A stretch of 15,076 bases of DNA from Octopus sinensis (Eukaryota). Shown in pieces: positions 9,665 to 15,076 of the stretch. Where the stretch lies: NCBI RefSeq assembly GCF_006345805.1, contig NW_021825520.1:1-15076 (forward strand), in the 5' to 3' direction. Made by a program: the position numbers and the translations under genes. The notes under the pieces are model-generated. The model saw only the letters and a list, made by a program, of their open reading frames with translations, made no database searches and was not told where the DNA came from. Within the stretch, counting starts at the first letter, position 1; every line of letters begins with the position of its first letter.

Positions 9665-9694
<30 letters not shown>

Positions 9695-9696
<2 letters not shown>

Positions 9697-10250
9697 AAAG
9701 GTAGAACAGAAAAAGCACAACAAAAGGAAACCGTCAAAACACAACATGTAGGAAAAGGGGCGAAAGCACAACAATGGCAAACAGGATAAACCAAGAGACA
9801 CGGATCATTCGCAGCCAATTGGCTCTTCGGTCTAAATCCGAAATGTCCACGGAGTTTCGACCATTTATTTCCGATACTACTCGAAACTGGCTGGGCCAAG
9901 GACTAAAGCTAAAAGCACTAAGCCCCTGGGCAAGGCAAACGACTGTATATATACGAAAACAAATAAACAAACAATAGACGAACGTAACATATGAAATAGA
10001 ATTATACATATTCAAAGGACAAACCAAAAGGAAAATAATTATACAATTACAACAAAAATAAAACAAAACAAAACAAATGGTTTCTTTCCGGCATTAGACG
10101 AGTGTAGTAAGCTAGCGTGAGGAAAATAGGAAAAAAAATCTTAATTGACCGGGCGGCTGGACGGAAGAGAACAAACGCGACTGACCTCAATGGCGGCCGG
10201 CCGAAAAAGGACGACAATGCCTAAACCGGACAGCGATCACGTTGTAGGGG
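9695..10250 (-). mobile_element. Non-coding interspersed repeat, possibly a Penelope-like terminal repeat
   Basis: 9797-9862 aligns with 12549-12614 (acacgga..cattcg.agcc..tcttc.gtc..ccg..tcc.cg..tttcg). The minus strand is T-rich and carries gtcgaaac. Family assignment and strand are inference. Confidence 0.35.
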
Positions 10251-10345
10251 AGGGGAGGATTTGAAGAGGGCAGAGGGACTAAGGAGTAGGAGAGAGGGGG
10301 GACAGAAATAAGAGGGAACCAAAGAATGAGAGGGAGGAAGAGAGA

Positions 10346-10376
<31 letters not shown>

Positions 10377-10428
10377 AGTACAAAGGAGGTAAGTGAGGAA
10401 GGAAAGCAAAAGAGATTGGAGAATAAGA
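10246..10428 (+). repeat. Polypurine GA-rich tract including (AG)n
   Basis: Direct inspection. Confidence 0.85.
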
Positions 10429-10430
10429 CA

Positions 10431-10433
10431 TAT

Positions 10434-10473
<40 letters not shown>

Positions 10474-10652
10474 CCCTTCCATCGCTTGACAACCGATGTT
10501 GGTGTGTTCACGTTCCCCGTTACAAAGCGGTTCGACAAAAGAAACCGATAGAATAAGTACTAGGCTTACAAAGAATCCTGGGATCGATTTGTTTCCACTA
10601 AAGGCGGTGCTTCAGCATGGCCGCAGTCAAATGACTGAAACAAATGAAAGAA
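10431..10652 (+). mobile_element. SINE family A, 3' half preceded by (TG)n
   Basis: catcgcttgacaaccgatgttggtgtg...gcagtcaaatgactgaaacaaatgaaagaa. Confidence 0.85.
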
Positions 10653-11040
10653 TCTCTATATATAAAGCTGAAGTTGTGTGTGTATGGCAGGTTTGGTAGC
10701 CTTCAACTAACACTATCTCCTCCGAGACCCTGCGGCGCAAGGTGACCAAAATTGAGAGTATGATAGAAGACGGCTTGCTCTTTCTTCCCTTGAAGAAAAA
10801 AATTCAAATCGGACCATGTTAACACCAAAAACTATTTACATAAAAAAGGTGCTTTTTCTATGAAAATCCCTACTTTTTACGATTTTTTACTGCTGTGTCA
10901 CCAATTTTCGGTGTATTTCAACCAGAAAAATGTTCACTTAAAGAGAATAACAAACTACATAATGCAAAATTTTTACTTTTCAAAAATTCCAATTCTAAAG
11001 GGTCGAAACAAACCCGAGCAACGCCGGTCGATACTGCTAG
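10653..11040 (+). mobile_element. Complete non-autonomous Helitron (~390 bp)
   Basis: 5' A|TCTCTATATATAAAG; 3' decayed GC hairpin cccgagcaacgccgg ~13 nt before the terminal CTAG (11037-11040). No TSD. The 3' flanking base is C rather than the canonical T. Confidence 0.8.
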
Positions 11041-11384
11041 CATATATATATATACATATGAATGACATTGAGTTGTTAGTCTACAGCTCAATTAGTCCAA
11101 TAGTTCCATCACAGATTTTTAGCAGCCATTTTTTTTCTTTTACCAAATTCAAGAATCCAAGGAACCTATCAACAGCTTCTTACTCACCCCCTCCCACCCA
11201 CACAGTATATTTCACAGCTTTTCTTTGACGACCCCCATCCCACCCCACCCCACCCCACCTCGCCATCACCTCACTTCACCCAATTCTCTCTCATTCCTTC
11301 GGCTTATTGAAGTCGTATCACACACATCTGGAAATTTATTACTCATGCTGGTTTCGTATTTTTTTTTTACCGTTTATTGCTACT

Positions 11385-11590
11385 GTTATTATTTACAATA
11401 TTGTTGTTGTTCTTGTTCTTGTATTATTATTATCATTATATTATTATTATCATTATTATATTATTATTATGATTATTATTTATTATTATTATCATTATAT
11501 TATTATTATTATTATTATTATCATCATTATTATTATTATATTATTATTATTTATATCATTATTATATTATTATTATTATTATTATTATTA

Positions 11591-11636
<46 letters not shown>

Positions 11637-11850
11637 CATTATTATTATTAGTAGTAGTTGTAGCATTACTATTATTATTATTATTATATTATTATCATCA
11701 TTTATTATTATTATATTATTATTATTATTTTATTGTTGTTGTTGTGTGTTATTATTATTACTATATTATATTTATTATTATATTATTATTATTATCATCA
11801 TCTCATCATCCATCATAATACTTTTTATTAACGTTCTTTGATTATTATTT
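11385..11850. repeat. Long degenerate (ATT)n array with ATC/GTT/GTA variants
   Basis: Direct inspection. Confidence 0.95.
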
Positions 11851-12045
11851 CCTATTTGGCCAAGCTTTCATCAATTTCTTCAAGTATCATTTGAAGTTGA
11901 AGGTGAGGGCTGAGAGAGAGGGGGGATATGAGGGGGAGACAGAGGGAAAGAAGGACAGACAAACTGACAAGCTGTCAGACAAACAGACAAAGACAAAGAG
12001 AGAGGGAGGGAGAGAGTGCGAGAGAAAGCGAGAAAGAAATGGTAC

Positions 12046-12125
12046 CTTCTAGTATATTTATCGAAAGACAGATGAGAATGGCAACTCTTGGCAAGGAAGA
12101 ACGGGCCTACTTTGAGTATGCTTCC
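12046..12125 (-). CDS. Candidate upstream exon (80 nt, phase 0-2) of the same minus-strand gene
   Basis: Strong acceptor ccttccggtttcttttcttctgtttAG|G and donor AAG|GTACCA. Only one frame is open (GSILKVGPFFLAKSCHSHLSFDKYTR+AG), and its 2-nt overhang joins in frame to the T starting the 3354 exon (...DKYTRSLRYPY...). Confidence 0.4.
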
Positions 12126-12275
12126 CTAAACAGAAGAAAAGAAACCGGAAGGTGGCAGTTCCCAACCCTTGAAGACGGCAGAGTAATCCGGGATTTTAGT
12201 AAGGGCGCTTTTTTGCCCTCCTATAAAGGATTCTGTTTATTTTTCTAAATTCTATATTTATATATGTTGTTATAT

Positions 12276-12478
12276 AGGTACAGGCGTGGTTGTATGGTAA
12301 GAATTTGTTACCCATCCACATGGGTCCGGATTCAGTTTCACTACGTGAAACCTTGTACAAATGTCTTCTAGTATGGCATTGGGCCGACCAAAAGCTTGTT
12401 GGTGGATTTTGGTTCACGGAAACTGATAGAAGTCTGTTGTATATATATTATGTATATATGTGTGTGTGTGTGTGTGTG
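12276..12478 (+). mobile_element. SINE family A, diverged head half plus TA/TG tract
   Basis: aggcgtggttgtatggtaag...ggattcagtttcactacgtg...ggccgaccaaaagcttg...acggaaactg. Confidence 0.75.
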
Positions 12479-12504
12479 GCAGAATCGTTAACACGCCGGA
12501 ATAC

Positions 12505-12614
12505 AAACTGGGACAAGAACGCAAAACATTTTGAAGACGATACAAAAAACACGGACGGGACATTCGAAGCCTTCAATCTTCAGTCAAGAACCGGATCATC
12601 CTCGCAATTTCGGC
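12505..12614 (-). mobile_element. Fragment homologous to 9760-9862 (possible Penelope-like repeat)
   Basis: Local alignment by eye to 9797-9862. A 25-nt family B head (tggcagaatcgttaacacgccgg, 12477-12501) precedes it. Confidence 0.4.
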
Positions 12615-12633
12615 TATATATACATATATATAT

Positions 12634-12732
12634 GACGGGCTTCTTTCAGTTTCCGTCTACCAAATCCACTCACAAGGCTTTGGTCGGCCCGAGGTGCCAC
12701 TCAGTGGGACTGAATCCGGAACCATGTGGTTC
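12634..12732 (-). mobile_element. SINE family A, partial head with internal deletion
   Basis: gacgggcttctttcagtttccgtctaccaaatccactcacaaggctttggtcggcccgag|gtgccac...gaaccatgtggtt. Confidence 0.85.
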
Positions 12733-12793
12733 GTATGTACATAAGGCAACCAATCCGTTGCTCAATTCTTTTTCAGCTACTCACCTTCCAAGT

Positions 12794-13008
12794 AATAACC
12801 TTTTCTCCTATAGGCACCTGGTCTGATGCGGAGAGGGTAAGCCGATTACATCGACTCCAGTGCTGAAGTGGCCCTTAATTCATCGGCCTTGAAAAAAGAT
12901 GAAAAGCAAAGTTGACTCCGACGGAATTTGAAGTCAGAACGTTAAACCCGACGAAATGTTATTATGCATTTTGCCTCGTGTGCAAACGAATCTGCCAGCT
13001 CTCCGCCT
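12794..13008 (-). mobile_element. SINE family B, diverged full-length copy
   Basis: ttttctcctataggcac...cgattacatcgactccagtg...aaagttgactccgacggaatttg...tctgccagctctccgcct. Confidence 0.85.
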
Positions 13009-13019
13009 AAATAATAATA

Positions 13020-13054
<35 letters not shown>

Positions 13055-13140
13055 TAATAATAATAATAATAATATAATAATAATAATAATAATAGTGGTG
13101 GTGGTGGTTGGTGGTGGTGGTGGTGGTGTGGTGGTGGTGG

Positions 13141-13195
<55 letters not shown>
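13009..13195. repeat. Compound (TAA)n-(GGT)n-(TAG)n microsatellite
   Basis: Direct inspection. Confidence 0.95.
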
Positions 13196-13486
13196 ACCTG
13201 AAACCACGGTCACACAAAACAAACAAAACGGATCGGGCAGAAACAATTGAGGAGCGGTGGATCCAAAAGCCTCTGCATGGACAGTATATATTCATATTCA
13301 TTGAAGTCGAAATACTGATGCAGATCAAGCAACAACCCATCAGTGGCTGAGAAGTTCAGGACTGAAACAGAGAGTGAAGGTTTCATATTGGCGGCACAAG
13401 ATCAAAGCTCGCTTACAAAATTCTACCATGTTAACGTTCTTCAAAAGAGTTCTGATCCTAAATGCAGATTCTGCAACACATTTGAT
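13196..13486 (+). mobile_element. R4/Dong-type LINE ORF fragment (pre-zinc-knuckle region)
   Basis: Frameshifted ERWIQKPLHGQY / DQATTHQWLRSSGLK / ESEGFILAAQDQSSLTKFY...DPKCRFCNTFD. Confidence 0.85.
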
Positions 13487-13886
13487 TTTGCTAGTCTCCG
13501 ATACCATCAGTCTCTGCGGTTTGTGCTCATACCAAATCTTGCCTCTCTCTAGCTCCAACTTTTCGTACAGTTTCCAAAGTAGCACTTTCGCTGCCTGTTC
13601 GTGTCGCCACAATTTGTAGTGGTTTTGAGCAAGTCTAAGGAATTCGTTCGAGATATGGGCAATGGTTTCACCTACTCTATTACAGATGCAGCACAGCGGA
13701 GTCACTTGCTCATTTCTAAGGTTGACTCTCCAGTTAGTGGCCAAAGCTTGGTCCTATGTTGCCAGTATAATGCTCTCGGTTTCTTTTTTTAGGGTTCCTT
13801 TCATCAGCCAATCCCACCTATTTTTCTGTTCTTTATGTTCTTTTTGTACTTCTGCGTAATTCTTCTTCATGTCCTTCTTGTACTTC
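13484..13886 (-). mobile_element. Second, distinct R4/Dong-type LINE ORF fragment (zinc-knuckle region)
   Basis: WDWLMKGTLKKETESIILAT*DQALATNW...CCICNRVGETIAHISNEFLRLAQNHYKLWRHEQAAKVLLWKL...WYEHKPQRLMVSETSKI; the last knuckle Cys is replaced by F. Confidence 0.85.
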
Positions 13887-13965
<79 letters not shown>

Positions 13966-14244
13966 TAGTTTTATTTTTATAGCGTGCTTTCACTTCACTA
14001 CCGAGCGCAGCTCTGTGTGCCTTGGGTATATGCTGTGATTTGTTGTGATGCTCTGATGGTTACTGTATTGAAAGTGTTCTGCGTAGGATGTGTGCAGTGC
14101 CTAGTAGTGCAACTTTCTGTATGTTATATGTGTTGTAAGTCCTGGTGTTTGTTATGTATTTGTCTGAATATTTTTTTATCATGCCTAATAAACTACTATG
14201 ATAGGATTTATTTCTGTTTTTAGATCCACATTCTAGTTACCTCT
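13887..14244 (-). mobile_element. 3' end of an R4/Dong-type LINE with (TAA)n tail
   Basis: Minus strand, frameshifted EVTRMW / PIIV / LGMIKKYSDKYI / YNIQKVALLGTAHILRRTLSIQ*, then ~100-nt 3' UTR, then ~25 TAA units (13887-13962). Confidence 0.85.
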
Positions 14245-14297
14245 ATTATATTATTATTATATATTATTATATTATTATTATATTATTATTATTATTA

Positions 14298-14342
<45 letters not shown>

Positions 14343-14358
14343 CATTATTATTATTATA
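14245..14358. repeat. (ATT)n array with 8-nt attattat variants
   Basis: Direct inspection. Confidence 0.95.
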
Positions 14359-14369
14359 TGCTCTGATGT

Positions 14370-14532
14370 AGTACCAGACACTGACTTGCATAGCTTCTGA
14401 CCTTAACTGATAGAAGAAGAGTTATCATGTACATATTTACCTTGGTATAAAAGATAGGCCGCTCACTCAATAATAATAATAATGATGATAATATTAGTAA
14501 TAATAATAATAATAATGAGGATGATGATGATG

Positions 14533-14594
<62 letters not shown>

Positions 14595-14595
14595 T
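14370..14595 (+). mobile_element. Internally deleted, inverted copy of the 14600-15076 element with (AAT)n tail
   Basis: cttggtataaaagataggc is fused directly to gctcactcaataataat; these two motifs lie ~410 bp apart in the other copy. Confidence 0.6.
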
Positions 14596-14599
14596 ATGA

Positions 14600-15076
14600 T
14601 GATTGTGATTATTATTATTATTGCTTAGTGAGAGGGCAGGTCATGCCATCAAAGTGACACTAGGATACAGATATACGAAGCGTGATACCCGCGTGATAAA
14701 GGTCCACCAGGCACATGCATGACAACCATATGTGCGCGACATGGTGATCTCATCTCAAGATAAACAGTGCATGACTTTGCAGGTAGGGCCCAGTTAGAAT
14801 TTTCTTCACGTCGAGTAGCCTATCCTGCACAAAAGGTCCCTGAATAAGGTTTGTTTTAAGGATGATGAACGAAACACCCACGTTTCCAGAGGGGGTGTTA
14901 TTCAAACCCCAAAGAATTCCTGTCGACAGATGGCCATCATGCTCCCCCACATATCGTCAGCTACTAAGGGACATGGTCAACTAGTTAAAGTCAAGCGAGT
15001 GACAAGCAAATCTGTGATATTGAGCAGAATATTTACTGTAGACCATCTTTTTATACCAAGATTATTATGTTACTAG
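14600..15076 (-). mobile_element. (AAT)n-tailed interspersed element (retroposon, family unassigned), runs towards the window edge
   Basis: Minus strand ends ctctcactaagcaataataat. Its upstream segment cttggtataaaaagatgg matches 14441-14458 on the plus strand. Confidence 0.6.

Noticed and set aside
10090-10250. CpG-rich segment with a YY1-like ATGGCGGC as a promoter
   Set aside because: Short, inside a probable interspersed repeat, and with no downstream exon evidence.
11928-12248. 106-aa plus-strand ORF
   Set aside because: Starts in a GA-rich tract and overlaps the better-supported minus-strand candidate exon antisense.
14750-14950. 66-aa ORF
   Set aside because: Inside an interspersed repeat with no recognisable motif.

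Overview
AT-rich animal genomic DNA made almost entirely of transposon relics and microsatellites. The repeat families look like octopus (cephalopod) repeats to me; that is recognition, not a database result. The window holds many copies of two tRNA-derived SINE families plus one copy of a third, and a decayed mariner split by a long-TIR MITE (8-bp TSD, TTAGGG core) that in turn carries a SINE. It also has a complete ~390-bp non-autonomous Helitron, four fragments of R4/Dong-type (restriction-like endonuclease) LINEs mostly clustered among (TAA)n tracts, probable Penelope-like relics, and a 30-bp minisatellite born inside a SINE. The only host-gene signal is a minus-strand candidate exon (3034-3354) and a phase-compatible upstream candidate (12046-12125) encoding a protein I cannot identify, so the window is probably mostly intron. 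I see no clear evidence of a wholly new biological system. The best leads are the unidentified exons, SINE multimers/minisatellite birth, and the TAA-associated LINE nest. Most ORFs in the supplied track are microsatellite or SINE artefacts.
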